Shown here: in pieces, positions 1-8,492 of the stretch
Layout of the letters: the number at the start of each line of letters is the position of its first letter
Numbering within the stretch: the first letter of the stretch is position 1
Virus record (IMG/VR): IMGVR_UViG_3300034196_000067
Span: 172,796 to 209,442 of that record
DNA: 36,647 nt
Reading direction: 5' to 3' (one strand)
From: a virus
Program-made: the position numbers and the translations under genes
Notes under the pieces: generated by a model
The model's database searches: none
What the model saw: only the letters and a program-made list of their open reading frames with translations
Told to the model about the DNA's origin: nothing

Positions 1-334
1 CACCGACAAGGAAGGAGAAGATCTCTCAGTGATTCTCGCTTCCAGCAAGAAGTTCGACGGCGTGTTCGTGGCCGCCGGAGATTCTTGCGCACGAGGCATT
101 CTACGAGGGGTTCGACGCGCAGGCGTGAACGTTCCCGATCAGATGGCGCTCGTCGGGTACGACGGCATGCTGGCCGCCGAAGTCTGCGCGGTACCTCTCA
201 CCACAGTGAAGCAACCCTTGCAGCAGATGGCTGCGGCTGCGATCCGGCTGGCCATCGCCGACCGGATGGAGACGCTGACGCACCCCAAGAAGATGGTCTA
301 CAAGCCCGAACTCATCGTGAGACGGTCAGCCTAG
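1..334 (+). CDS. LacI/PurR-family transcriptional regulator, C-terminal sugar-binding domain (5' partial, starts outside window)
   Basis: Frame is open from nt 2. Translation ...ILASSKKFDGVFVAAGDSCARGILRGVRRAGVNVPDQMALVGYDGMLAAEVCAVPLTTVKQPLQQMAAAAIRLAIAD is the typical C-terminal effector-domain signature of LacI-family repressors (vPeDvslvGfDd...P.LTTv.qp). The N-terminal HTH is absent, so it is truncated by the window edge. Confidence 0.8.
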   Translation, partial: TDKEGEDLSVILASSKKFDGVFVAAGDSCARGILRGVRRAGVNVPDQMALVGYDGMLAAEVCAVPLTTVKQPLQQMAAAAIRLAIADRMETLTHPKKMVYKPELIVRRSA

Positions 335-437
335 TAGGTGGACGGTCCTCCCCGTCCGAAACAGAAGGGCCCGAGGCTACGACGCTCGGGCCCTTCGCTT
401 TTTCACATCCTAAGCCCAAACCCAGAAGAGGGAGAGC

Positions 438-1538
438 ATGATCACGGTATCGTACAAGCCCCTAGCTGCTGGCGAAGACCCGTGGGGACGGGTCATCGAG
501 TCATTCATCGCCGGAGAGTTTCCGCAGGCTCACAAGCACACGGAGAGCCGTCTCGACGCTGTCATGGAGGCCTTCCTGTCGACGAGGCAGCGTCGGTTGG
601 GCCCCGTGCCTGGCGTGGAAGCACAGGCTGAGATGCGGAAGGTCATCCGGCACTACATCGAGGCGAAGCTTCCCATTCCCGTCCTGATCCCCTTCGGCCC
701 GAAGAAGCCCAAGGAGAGTGAGGGCATCGACGTCGCCGAGTTGGCGGCGTTGAAGGCTCTCGGATGTCTTCAGCGATCTGTCGTTCCGCACCACGAACCG
801 GGGATGCACTTCCTGTTTCGCATGGAAGACCTTACCGGAAGGGTTCTGGAAGAGGGAACATCCGGTCTCTGGTCCGACATGTTCACGTACTGTCGGGACT
901 TCAACCAACTCTCCGTGATCCTTGGGTACTCGGAGTTCATCGAAGTCGTGAAGGAGTCGGAACTCGGAAACCAGGACACCTTCTGGGCCGAGATGGCGAA
1001 GGCGCAGTCTGTTATGGAGACGTACCTGACGGAGAGTTGGAACTCTGAGTCTCCGGCCGACTGCGCGTCCTACCAGCCGCTCAAGGAGCTGGGGTTTGTC
1101 GGCATGGTGTCCCCCGCGCAGCGCGAGTTCTACATGGACCGATACTCTCGGCTCTACCCGACACTCACAACGGACCAGCGCGTCACGCTGCTCGCGAAGT
1201 ACCTCGCCTGCTCGCTCGTCCGTCGTAACCTCGGTATGACGGGAGCCAAGAAGGAGTGGGGCGGTCGCTGCCTGAGCCTGTCGTTCGCTCCACCGGCTCC
1301 GGACCAGGCCAACACTGCTGCGGCGAGGATCTACTACCGAACGATCCCGCTCGACCACTCGAAGATCCACATGCCTCCGTGGCGCGCGAAAGGGATCTTG
1401 AAGTGCTCGGATGACAAGGTCCGATTCTCCATGATCCCCTGGCAGGAGGTCGAGGCCGCGAATCTGTCTCCGGGGATGCTCATCGTGCAGTCGGGGAAGG
1501 ATTGGGTTCCGGTGCGGGCGGACTACTTGCTGGAGTGA
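438..1538 (+). CDS. hypothetical protein (366 aa), possible enzyme of unknown family
   Basis: Long ORF with balanced amino-acid composition. The antisense 502-aa ORF is Arg/Leu/His-rich junk. A purine-rich SD (gaagagggagagc) precedes the ATG. No motif I can assign with confidence. Confidence 0.7.
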   Translation: MITVSYKPLAAGEDPWGRVIESFIAGEFPQAHKHTESRLDAVMEAFLSTRQRRLGPVPGVEAQAEMRKVIRHYIEAKLPIPVLIPFGPKKPKESEGIDVAELAALKALGCLQRSVVPHHEPGMHFLFRMEDLTGRVLEEGTSGLWSDMFTYCRDFNQLSVILGYSEFIEVVKESELGNQDTFWAEMAKAQSVMETYLTESWNSESPADCASYQPLKELGFVGMVSPAQREFYMDRYSRLYPTLTTDQRVTLLAKYLACSLVRRNLGMTGAKKEWGGRCLSLSFAPPAPDQANTAAARIYYRTIPLDHSKIHMPPWRAKGILKCSDDKVRFSMIPWQEVEAANLSPGMLIVQSGKDWVPVRADYLLE

Positions 1539-1559
1539 AACACAACGAGGAGAGAAGCC

Positions 1560-2003
1560 ATGGGTTGGGTTCCAAGCAAGGTGAAACTCTTGAAGGGGAC
1601 TGAGAGAGTGTTGGTGAGAACTCTCCAGACGACCACCAAGATGCAGCTCACGAAGGTCGAGGCAGTGGAGGACACGGGGCCGTTGGGAGACGTGGAGAGA
1701 AGGATCCGGCTCTGTCCGGACGTGGGGTATCCGGTCGTCCTGAAGGCGGAAGAGGAGATCTGGATCTTTCAGAGAGAGCAAGAGCCGAAGCCCGATACGG
1801 ACCTCAAGGTAGGCGATGTGGTCCAGTTCACCAAGGAAGGAAAGGTGGAGGTCACCAAAACCAAAGAGAGGTCGGCCTACCAACTCGGTTGGGATGCTGG
1901 AATCGAGGCCGTCGAGAAGAGGGTCCTCGCCGCATCCATCACAGATGCCGTAGCCGTTCCGTGGTTGAAGAAGGTCTTCGCGGAGCTGAAAGAGCAAGGC
2001 TGA
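1560..2003 (+). CDS. hypothetical protein (147 aa)
   Basis: ORF with SD 'gaggagagaagcc' 5 nt upstream. Followed by a perfect palindrome terminator. Confidence 0.65.
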   Translation: MGWVPSKVKLLKGTERVLVRTLQTTTKMQLTKVEAVEDTGPLGDVERRIRLCPDVGYPVVLKAEEEIWIFQREQEPKPDTDLKVGDVVQFTKEGKVEVTKTKERSAYQLGWDAGIEAVEKRVLAASITDAVAVPWLKKVFAELKEQG

Positions 2004-2006
2004 GAA

Positions 2007-2032
2007 CATGGGCCCGGGAAACCGGGCCCATG
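2007..2032. terminator. perfect 11-bp inverted repeat CATGGGCCCGG-gaaa-CCGGGCCCATG between convergent genes (bidirectional terminator-like hairpin)
   Basis: Seen directly. It lies between the + gene ending at 2003 and the - ORF ending at 2047. There is no strong U-tract on either side. Confidence 0.45.
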
Positions 2033-2046
2033 TCTATTACCCAGTC

Positions 2047-2286
2047 TTAGCTCCTGCATGCGAGACATAGGATGATGAAGTACTGCTTCTCTGGACTCTC
2101 GGGCCATTCGACGGCCTGGAGTGGTTCGTTAGGAAACGGGTCGAAAGGGAGCAGGATCTCCCCGGTACGGCGAACCACCGTCACAGATCCATAGACGTTG
2201 AAGCTACGGCGCGCGAGTTCAAGCATTTGCTTGACCTTGAACCGGAACGCACGTTCCTCTTCCGCCTTCTGCCGATCCACAAACAC
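2047..2286 (-). CDS. hypothetical small protein (79 aa)
   Basis: ORF convergent with upstream genes. The composition is plausible but there are no recognisable motifs. Confidence 0.4.
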   Translation of the reverse strand: MFVDRQKAEEERAFRFKVKQMLELARRSFNVYGSVTVVRRTGEILLPFDPFPNEPLQAVEWPESPEKQYFIILCLACRS

Positions 2287-2472
2287 TCCTGTACGTCGCT
2301 GAGAGCCCCACTCTAGAACGATCTGGCTCCTGTGCCCCTAAGAAAATTGCCCTAGGCCGTCTTGGGAGGACCTACACCCCATTCTTCTTTCGCTCATAGG
2401 AAAGGGGCCGGTGGGACCGGGCATAAGGCCCTAGCAAGGAAACGCTGTTTCCATTCCCTTGAAGGAGCAGAC

Positions 2473-2838
2473 ATGTACCCAGTCATCGATAGACTCCTGA
2501 AAGAGGCACTCATTCTTCAGGAGACGATCGGAGCCGATCTGAGCGTGCTCTACGGAACGCTGCTCCCAGGATCTCCCCCCAAGATGGTCGCGGAGGGGTG
2601 GCTGGGGAGTCTGAAGGACCGGACGGCGGAGCTCAAGATTCGAAGGGATGACTTCCCCGTCAACGAGGCAGAGAAGCTGGTGAGAGACCTGCGAGACGCT
2701 CTGATAGAAGTCCGCTCTGTCGCTCTCATCAACGGAGTAACTCTGTCCTACAGCACTGAATCAGAGGGACGGATCGATGCGAAGGCGGCCCAGAAAGAAA
2801 CCAAGAAGCCGGGAGCAGGAAGAAGGAGAGTATCGTAA
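2473..2838 (+). CDS. hypothetical protein (121 aa; internal start of the 158-aa ORF)
   Basis: ATG at 2473 (MYPVIDRLLKEALILQ...) is preceded by SD 'gaaggag'. The upstream part of the ORF overlaps hairpins and has no RBS. Confidence 0.6.
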   Translation: MYPVIDRLLKEALILQETIGADLSVLYGTLLPGSPPKMVAEGWLGSLKDRTAELKIRRDDFPVNEAEKLVRDLRDALIEVRSVALINGVTLSYSTESEGRIDAKAAQKETKKPGAGRRRVS

Positions 2839-2950
2839 GGCTCTCATCGAAGTCCTAGAGCTCCTGGTCCAGATCCAGGGGCAAGCGGAGGAGGGAGAGA
2901 AAGGCGCCAAGAGGCGCCATCTACGCATCATTCCGGGAGGGAAGAAGTGA
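2777..2950 (+). CDS. possible small basic protein (57 aa) not in the ORF track
   Basis: ATG 2777 with SD-like 'gagggacgg'. Translation is MRRRPRKKPRSREQEEGEYRKALIEVLELLVQIQGQAEEGEKGAKRRHLRIIPGGKK. Its TGA overlaps the GTG start of the next gene as GTGA (coupling). It overlaps the 3' end of the previous gene in another frame. Confidence 0.3.
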   Translation: MRRRPRKKPRSREQEEGEYRKALIEVLELLVQIQGQAEEGEKGAKRRHLRIIPGGKK

Positions 2951-3153
2951 ATTCCGACCAAGTCATCACACTAGGATTCGCACTCTTCTGCGTTGGGATC
3001 GCCGTCTATTTGGCGTGGGAAGAAATGAAGATCATCAAGGCTCAGAAGAGACTCAGCAAGGCACAGAAGAGATATGCGGAGATGCTACCCCGGGGTCCCA
3101 GTACCCGAACCCACAAGTCCAAGCTTCACGTCGTGCAGGGAGGAAGAGAATGA
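2947..3153 (+). CDS. small membrane protein (68 aa), GTG start
   Basis: SD 'ggagggaag' precedes the start. There is an N-terminal hydrophobic helix ITLGFALFCVGIAVYLAW. Confidence 0.55.
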   Translation: MNSDQVITLGFALFCVGIAVYLAWEEMKIIKAQKRLSKAQKRYAEMLPRGPSTRTHKSKLHVVQGGRE

Positions 3154-3326
3154 AGCCTGATGTCATCGCCTCCGTAGTAGTCGCCGTGAGCTCTTTGGGC
3201 GCCTTCTTCTTCCTGTCCAAGATGATCTCGAAGGCGTTCAAGGCAGAAAGGGAGTTCAACGAGAAACTGATCAAGAAGCTCGACGGCGCTCGGGTTCCAT
3301 CTCCCAACATCCAGGAGGAGAAGTAG
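3150..3326 (+). CDS. small membrane protein (58 aa)
   Basis: ATG 3150 with SD 'ggagga'; ATGA overlap with the upstream stop. Contains a TM helix VIASVVVAVSSLGAFFFL. Confidence 0.55.
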   Translation: MKPDVIASVVVAVSSLGAFFFLSKMISKAFKAEREFNEKLIKKLDGARVPSPNIQEEK

Positions 3327-3335
3327 CCTGCGTAG

Positions 3336-3362
3336 GAACAGGGGGCACCCCTCCTGTTCTTA
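3336..3362 (+). terminator. weak intrinsic terminator hairpin GAACAGG..CCTGTTC followed by TTAGCTCAAG
   Basis: 7-bp stem seen directly. The U-tract is short. It shares the TCTTAGCTCAAG flank with the terminator at 18958. Confidence 0.35.
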
Positions 3363-3471
3363 GCTCAAGGTCTCTCAAACCCTCGATGCTCTGGCCCACC
3401 GAAAAATTTCACTCAGGATGTAGGCATAAGGAAGAGAGGCCAATACCTGGACTCTTGGACTGGGAGGTCCT

Positions 3472-3720
3472 ATGCCGAAGCCGAATCCTCTGGAGCTGGT
3501 TGCGAACACGCCGCCGTTCGACGGCCGTCTGGCTGGGGACCTGTCCTGGGCCGTCATGCGTCTCCGGGACGTGGCCCTGGATGACGACGAGCTCAGTCAG
3601 GCGGATGCGGAGCGGATCTACCAGCTCCTCATCTCGGTCACGGTTGGCTTCAACGAAGTCGCCACCAAGAAGCTGTTGGTGAGCCCCATCTTCAACGAGA
3701 ACACTGGTTCTCTGCACTGA
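3472..3720 (+). CDS. hypothetical protein (82 aa)
   Basis: SD 'gggagg' 5 nt upstream of the ATG. Confidence 0.6.
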   Translation: MPKPNPLELVANTPPFDGRLAGDLSWAVMRLRDVALDDDELSQADAERIYQLLISVTVGFNEVATKKLLVSPIFNENTGSLH

Positions 3721-3744
3721 CGCCGAGCATCCCAAGGGAGACAC

Positions 3745-4062
3745 ATGAGAACACCGGAAGAGCTGGAGCGGCTGAAGAAGATTCGCAACGAAGCTGCGGC
3801 AAAGATCGCTGACTTCATCTCCAAGGAGGTGGACCAGCTCTTCCTCGGCCACGACATGGATAAGCCTCCAGACGATGACCAGCTTGCCAAGCTCATCGGG
3901 TTGGCCTTCGGCGCGTGGAAGGGCAGCAAGACGCTCTCCAACACCTTCGGGCTCGATGCCTGGACCTTGTCCGATGAGATGAGCGGAGATGTTGCCGTGA
4001 AGGAGCTGAAGAAGGTCGGCGACATCATGATCTCGCTCCACGCTGGAGGAATGAAGAACTGA
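3745..4062 (+). CDS. hypothetical protein (105 aa)
   Basis: SD 'aagggagac'. Confidence 0.6.
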   Translation: MRTPEELERLKKIRNEAAAKIADFISKEVDQLFLGHDMDKPPDDDQLAKLIGLAFGAWKGSKTLSNTFGLDAWTLSDEMSGDVAVKELKKVGDIMISLHAGGMKN

Positions 4063-4065
4063 GCC

Positions 4066-4305
4066 ATGGCCAAGAAACCGATGCTTCCATTCCTCTCAGT
4101 TTTCAACAGCTCGGTGACGATGCAGTTGGAAGAGATGATCCACGACATCGAAACGATGAAAGGGCAGCTTGAGGATATGGGGGCAGAGAACCCCCGGATG
4201 AAGCACGTCATGCAGCCCATCGAGTATTCCCTGATCGGGATCGCACACGACCTGCGCGCGCTGCAAGAGAGACTAGAGAACCAAACCCCAAACTCACAGA
4301 AGTAG
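4066..4305 (+). CDS. hypothetical protein (79 aa)
   Basis: Starts 4 nt after the previous stop. Confidence 0.55.
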   Translation: MAKKPMLPFLSVFNSSVTMQLEEMIHDIETMKGQLEDMGAENPRMKHVMQPIEYSLIGIAHDLRALQERLENQTPNSQK

Positions 4306-4314
4306 GAGGCAACC

Positions 4315-4569
4315 ATGGCAAGGCCTGTATCTGAGGTTCGGTTGGAAGAAGCACTCCAGCTCCCAGCGGCGTCTGGCAAGGGGCAGGAGAGCACCGGAAC
4401 GTTGGTCCCTGTCGTCTCAGGGGAAGAGCTTCGGGCACTGGCGTATGCGTGCGCTCCGGAGGCTTCGGAGATCAGGAACGTCCGCGTCGACAGTAGGACG
4501 TTCTACAGCCTGGTCTCGGAGCTGACTCTGCGCCGGGAGCGGGATGCACAGGCTCAGGGCAAGAAGTGA
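4315..4569 (+). CDS. hypothetical protein (84 aa)
   Basis: SD 'gtaggagg'. Confidence 0.6.
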   Translation: MARPVSEVRLEEALQLPAASGKGQESTGTLVPVVSGEELRALAYACAPEASEIRNVRVDSRTFYSLVSELTLRRERDAQAQGKK

Positions 4570-4766
4570 CTCCCAAGCCCTCGACGCCCGCGAACGGGGA
4601 TGAGAGGTGCCCTGAGTGCCACAACTCAGGGACCTGCTGGAAGTACACGTCTGACGAAGAAGACGTCATCAAGACGTACTGCACCTGTCCCAGGGGCATG
4701 GAACTGGAGGACTTGGACCTGGCCAAGTTCCTGAGTCTCCAGCAGCCGGTACAAACAACGCTCTAG
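4566..4766 (+). CDS. small Cys-rich putative zinc-ribbon protein (66 aa)
   Basis: ATGA-type overlap with the previous stop. Contains CPEC-x7-C ... YCTCPRG, a 4-6 Cys arrangement. Confidence 0.55.
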   Translation: MTPKPSTPANGDERCPECHNSGTCWKYTSDEEDVIKTYCTCPRGMELEDLDLAKFLSLQQPVQTTL

Positions 4767-4776
4767 GAGGAGACAC

Positions 4777-5058
4777 GTGATCGTCAGACTCATTCACCTA
4801 AGCAACAAGGAAGAGTTCATCGAACTCCTGAAGAAGCTGGAAGGCACCCAGCATCCGAGCACCGACATCTTCGTGGAGGTGAGGGCTGGTTCTAGCGGAC
4901 TCAACATCCTCCACATCTCGGCCCTGGGGTACTTCGACGCCTTCCCAACGTTCTTTGAGCTGAAGCTCCCCACCGAGCAGAGGGAAGAAGTGGAGGCGTT
5001 CTTCAAGAGCAAGGAGCGCAAGGTCTACCAGGGATTCGTCAACTTCCTGGTCGACTGA
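4777..5058 (+). CDS. hypothetical protein (93 aa), GTG start
   Basis: SD 'ggaggagac' 4 nt upstream of the GTG. Confidence 0.55.
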   Translation: MIVRLIHLSNKEEFIELLKKLEGTQHPSTDIFVEVRAGSSGLNILHISALGYFDAFPTFFELKLPTEQREEVEAFFKSKERKVYQGFVNFLVD

Positions 5059-5092
5059 TCGCTCTCCCACACCCGCGTAGCCGGTAGAGACC

Positions 5093-5365
5093 ATGAGCTC
5101 TCCCAAAGACAAAGAGAACGAGGAAGAAGCAGCCGAGCTAGTGAAGGTGTTTCGTGAGGGAAAGTCCGAGATTCTCAAGAAGATGGCTGAAATCGTCACC
5201 CAGTACACCGACGAGAGTCCGTTCTCCTTGGAGCTCATCGCCAGGCTGGCTGGTATGTATGCCGGGTATGGGATCATCCAAGAGGTCCTCAAGGACATGA
5301 TGCAGAAGAACGGCACCCAAGCCCCCTTCGATGCCTGGCTGTCAGGTATGAAGAACCTTCACTAG
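5093..5365 (+). CDS. hypothetical protein (90 aa)
   Basis: ORF followed by a strong terminator. Confidence 0.55.
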   Translation: MSSPKDKENEEEAAELVKVFREGKSEILKKMAEIVTQYTDESPFSLELIARLAGMYAGYGIIQEVLKDMMQKNGTQAPFDAWLSGMKNLH

Positions 5366-5377
5366 GCTGGTAGGAGA

Positions 5378-5410
5378 AGACGAGGGCTCTCTCCAGCCTC
5401 GTCTTTTCTT
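5378..5410 (+). terminator. intrinsic terminator GACGAGGGCT-loop-AGCCTCGTC + TTTTCTTAGC
   Basis: 9-bp GC-rich stem plus T-tract, seen directly. Confidence 0.65.
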
Positions 5411-5460
5411 AGCCCTAAAGCAGGCCGGCTCCTACGTACCCCCGAAAATTCTGGCCTGAC

Positions 5461-5570
5461 ACCCCTCCCCGGTCCCGTTCCCTGTTGCACCCCCCCACCC
5501 CCTTCTAAATCCCCCCCGAATCTATGGTACCACTGTCCCCCTCCCTACCCCCTCCCTCTCAAGTTCTACT
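5461..5570. other. ~110-bp extreme C-rich / polypyrimidine tract inside a 620-bp non-coding region (5366-5992)
   Basis: Sequence cacccctccccggtcccgttccctgttgcacccccccacccccttctaaatcccccccgaatc...ccccctccctaccccctccctctc has no ORF. Downstream are imperfect inverted and direct repeats (GCGCTGG x2 flanked by CTATGGC/GCCATAG at ~5757-5795) and a CT-rich tract at ~5800-5840. Confidence 0.4.
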
Positions 5571-5992
5571 AGCTCATCAGCCAGGCGAGGTGGCGAGGGA
5601 TGACTTCATGTCCTGTTGCTGCGCTTGCGGCCATGAGAGACGCGCGCAGGGCCAGGCAAGAAGTACCCTCGATGCTTGAGCTGCCCTCTCCCGACTAGAC
5701 GGCGGAGCTAACACAGAGGGATACCCTCCGGGCTAGTCCTACTCCTCGGCTCGTGCCTATGGCGCTGGAGCTGCTGCGCTGGCGATGCCATAGCACTTCC
5801 CCTGCTCCTTCCTCTCTCTATCTCCTGTCACATGAGTGTCTCTCGAAGGACCATCATGGCCACCTAGTCGCGCCGACATGCTAAGGAGGCAAGTCTGAAA
5901 TCGGATAACGCGCTGACGGCAGATACACAGACTCGCGTGTCATAAGAACGTGGGTTGGGAAGTACACATGCTAACGCCTAAAGGGAGAACGC

Positions 5993-6256
5993 ATGAAGAA
6001 GGCAAAGCAGCAGAGCCAAGTCGTCGCTTGGGAGTTCATGAAGTCCAAGATCGTCGCGACTCCTTCGAAGTGGATACAGATGGCTCTGTCGGCACAGAGG
6101 ATGGCCAGCAAGGCTGAGGACGAGTTCCTTCGAAGTCTGTTCGAGAAGTACGAGCTCGGAAAGAAAGTGGACATCGAAGCTGCGCTCGAAACCTTCTTGC
6201 GCGCTGGGAAGTTCTACACGGAGCTATCGAACTTGATGAGAAAGGAGATCTCATGA
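5993..6256 (+). CDS. hypothetical protein (87 aa)
   Basis: SD 'aaagggagaac'. First gene after the large non-coding region. Confidence 0.6.
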   Translation: MKKAKQQSQVVAWEFMKSKIVATPSKWIQMALSAQRMASKAEDEFLRSLFEKYELGKKVDIEAALETFLRAGKFYTELSNLMRKEIS

Positions 6257-6723
6257 CCGCGTCGAAGGGCTTGGACCGTGCATCAGTGCTCACACTCGCT
6301 GCCTTCATCCAGGATGAGGAGAGGAACGAGAAGACGCTTCGACATCTCTCTGACTGCGCTGAAGATGCAGCTAGGTCAGAAGAGCGACAGATGTTGAGGC
6401 TGCTCATCCAGAAGTTCGACGCCAAGGATGTTCCAGAGCAGGAGAGCGTCGCCAAGATGTACCGTCTGGTAAAGGAGAGAGCGATGTTCTTCCAAGCTCT
6501 CTCTGAGCTCATCGATCCGATCTACGGGGACAAGTACCTCGACTGGTGCGATGAGCATCATGACGAGCTCCTCAAGCATCCCAACTCCTTCATCGCCATC
6601 AGCATGAAGGAAAGAGTGGTGATCGCTGAATCGAACCAGGAAGTGTTCTGCAACAAGCTACGAGAGCTTCGAGAAGGCCGAGTCGATGAGCTCTTCGTCA
6701 TACACACTTCGGCAGTCGTCTAA
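6253..6723 (+). CDS. hypothetical protein (156 aa)
   Basis: ATGA overlap with the upstream gene. Confidence 0.65.
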   Translation: MTASKGLDRASVLTLAAFIQDEERNEKTLRHLSDCAEDAARSEERQMLRLLIQKFDAKDVPEQESVAKMYRLVKERAMFFQALSELIDPIYGDKYLDWCDEHHDELLKHPNSFIAISMKERVVIAESNQEVFCNKLRELREGRVDELFVIHTSAVV

Positions 6724-6733
6724 GGAGAACGTG

Positions 6734-7321
6734 ATGAGCCAGAGCTGTCACTGTGGATCACAAACTCTTCATGGCTCGAACCCGATCCCAGTAGAAGACC
6801 TCACGGGGCTCTTACACGACCGCGATCACTGCGAGACCGTGGAGGAGCTGAAGAGGGGGATCGAAGAGCATCGCGCTCAATCCCAAGCGCGTCCGAAGTT
6901 CTACATGCTGCTGAGAAGCTACGCAGAGAACAGCACTCAGCATGAAGTGAACTACGGCTACGTCTACGGCCCGTTCACCAACAACGCAGAGGTAGACGAG
7001 GATCTGGCTCGTCGCCATCCCAACAACAAGGACCTTCGAGTGTTGGTGGTCGAGGGCGATCTTCGCAGTGTCCCGCCTTCTCCTCTTGAGCGCCCAGAGA
7101 GTGAGAAGCGTGAACCTGGCAACCTCGACAACTACGAGATGAAGGACGGCAAGTTCTTCTGCAAGGTCTGCGGCTCCATCATCTACGAGCAGAGAGTCGC
7201 GCATCCCATCCACATGAAGGGAACGAACAACGGCTTCGGCGAGTGCAAGTACGACAACGTTCCCTACTGTCCCAACTGCGACAAGAAGCCGTCGTTCAGC
7301 GGAGTTCCGGTCTACGTCTGA
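6734..7321 (+). CDS. Cys-rich putative zinc-binding protein (195 aa)
   Basis: ATG 6734 with SD 'aaggag' 5 nt upstream. Contains CHCGS... and C-terminal CKVCG...CKYDNVPYCPNC zinc-ribbon-like pairs. Confidence 0.6.
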   Translation: MSQSCHCGSQTLHGSNPIPVEDLTGLLHDRDHCETVEELKRGIEEHRAQSQARPKFYMLLRSYAENSTQHEVNYGYVYGPFTNNAEVDEDLARRHPNNKDLRVLVVEGDLRSVPPSPLERPESEKREPGNLDNYEMKDGKFFCKVCGSIIYEQRVAHPIHMKGTNNGFGECKYDNVPYCPNCDKKPSFSGVPVYV

Positions 7322-7527
7322 TGAAGGAGACTGAGGTGTCGGATGACAACGACAGATGGCACCGAGCACTCAAGAGCGTTCGGTCTAGTTGTTGTGGAGC
7401 TCCAGTGACTGGAGTCATCAAGAAAGGACAGTGGTGGGTAGTGGTCGAGTGCTCCGACTGTGGGGCTCAGCCACCTATGAGCGACTGCATCGAGCCAGGA
7501 GATCCGCTCGCACGACCTTATGAGTGA
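7321..7527 (+). CDS. small Cys-rich protein (68 aa)
   Basis: ATG overlaps the upstream TGA (TGATG). Contains CCGAP...ECSDCG. Confidence 0.45.
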   Translation: MKETEVSDDNDRWHRALKSVRSSCCGAPVTGVIKKGQWWVVVECSDCGAQPPMSDCIEPGDPLARPYE

Positions 7528-7545
7528 CATCAAGGAGATGCCCAA

Positions 7546-7824
7546 GTGAAGAAGACCGTGGAGAAGAGTGAGTTCGAGAAGAACAAGACTCGCGCTAGGA
7601 TCACCTCATCACGCATCAAGAGGAGGCTGAAGGGCGGGTTGATGGACTATCTCCTACTCGCTCGCGCTGCTGATCGGCGTGCGGCCATGTTCGAAGACTA
7701 CGCACTGACCAACCTCCTCGAAGGTGAGCCAGCGAAGCCGAATCACATGCTGGACCGCGCCAAGAAGAACCTCGCCGACGCTGAGTACTTCCGAAGACTC
7801 GCCTCGATGCTTCGGAGTAACTGA
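7546..7824 (+). CDS. hypothetical basic protein (92 aa), GTG start
   Basis: SD 'aaggag' 8 nt upstream of the GTG. Confidence 0.55.
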   Translation: MKKTVEKSEFEKNKTRARITSSRIKRRLKGGLMDYLLLARAADRRAAMFEDYALTNLLEGEPAKPNHMLDRAKKNLADAEYFRRLASMLRSN

Positions 7825-7863
7825 GATGAACGATCAAGCGAAGAAGCTGATCGAGGAGAGTTC

Positions 7864-8286
7864 ATGGGAAGTCCGGCATACGAACCGCTGACCGCCGAAG
7901 AGATAGAGCAGTTGCTTCCTCGCGTAATATCAGCGGCCTGGCGACGTCGTGAATTCCCCATCCCTGTGTTCGACTGTCATAGCTTCTCCAGTGGTCTCTA
8001 TGGCATCCGAGTGCTCTTCGATGCCGGCATCGAGGAAGACGGTCAGAAGTGGGTGCACGTGTCCATTTCTCGTGAAGACCGTGAGCCCTCTTGGGAAGAC
8101 TTGACCACGGTGAAGCGCCTCTTCCTAGGCGACGAACGCTGGGCCTACCAAGTCATTCCGCCACAGAGCGAGTTCTACAACGTGGGACTGCCTGGACGCG
8201 GTCTACATGTCTTGCATCTCTGGTCGCCTCTCGACAACAAGCCCAGATTGCCCAACTTCCTCCAGGCCAGAGGAGGAACACTGTAG
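7864..8286 (+). CDS. hypothetical protein (140 aa)
   Basis: SD 'gaggagag' 4 nt upstream. Preceded by a 21-codon mini-ORF (7826-7891). Confidence 0.65.
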   Translation: MGSPAYEPLTAEEIEQLLPRVISAAWRRREFPIPVFDCHSFSSGLYGIRVLFDAGIEEDGQKWVHVSISREDREPSWEDLTTVKRLFLGDERWAYQVIPPQSEFYNVGLPGRGLHVLHLWSPLDNKPRLPNFLQARGGTL

Positions 8287-8318
8287 CAACAAGAGAAAGA
8301 GAGCAAGACGTGACATCG

Positions 8319-8489
8319 ATGTGGGTGCTGCTGATCTTCATGAAAGCGACCGCGCCGATTGGAGGCGTATCGATGGCACAGGTCTCTGGATTCCACTCTC
8401 CAGAGACTTGCATGGTCGCTGCGAAGTGGGTGTTCAAACAGAACGACCGAGGTTTCATCATCGACGCGACATGCGTAGAGGTGAAGTGA
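8319..8489 (+). CDS. possible small protein (56 aa) with hydrophobic N-terminus
   Basis: In-frame ATG (MWVLLIFMKATAPIGG...) inside the 132-aa track ORF. The upstream part of that ORF is Arg-rich and overlaps the previous gene. RBS is weak. Confidence 0.3.
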   Translation: MWVLLIFMKATAPIGGVSMAQVSGFHSPETCMVAAKWVFKQNDRGFIIDATCVEVK

Positions 8490-8492
8490 CTC

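Noticed and set aside
501-2009. 502-aa minus-strand ORF
   Set aside because: It is antisense to two well-formed plus genes. The composition is Arg/Leu/His/Pro-biased with no RBS.
2007-2032. perfect palindrome considered as attachment site or recombinase target
   Set aside because: It is a single copy in the window, lies between convergent genes, and is best explained as a terminator hairpin. No integrase is nearby.
3618-4394. 258-aa minus ORF and other minus ORFs within 2.4-18.9 kb (e.g. 6036-6512, 6812-7369, 8175-8552, 14984-15634, 16047-16637)
   Set aside because: They overlap plus-strand genes that have SDs and coupled starts. They are Ser/Arg-rich antisense frames.
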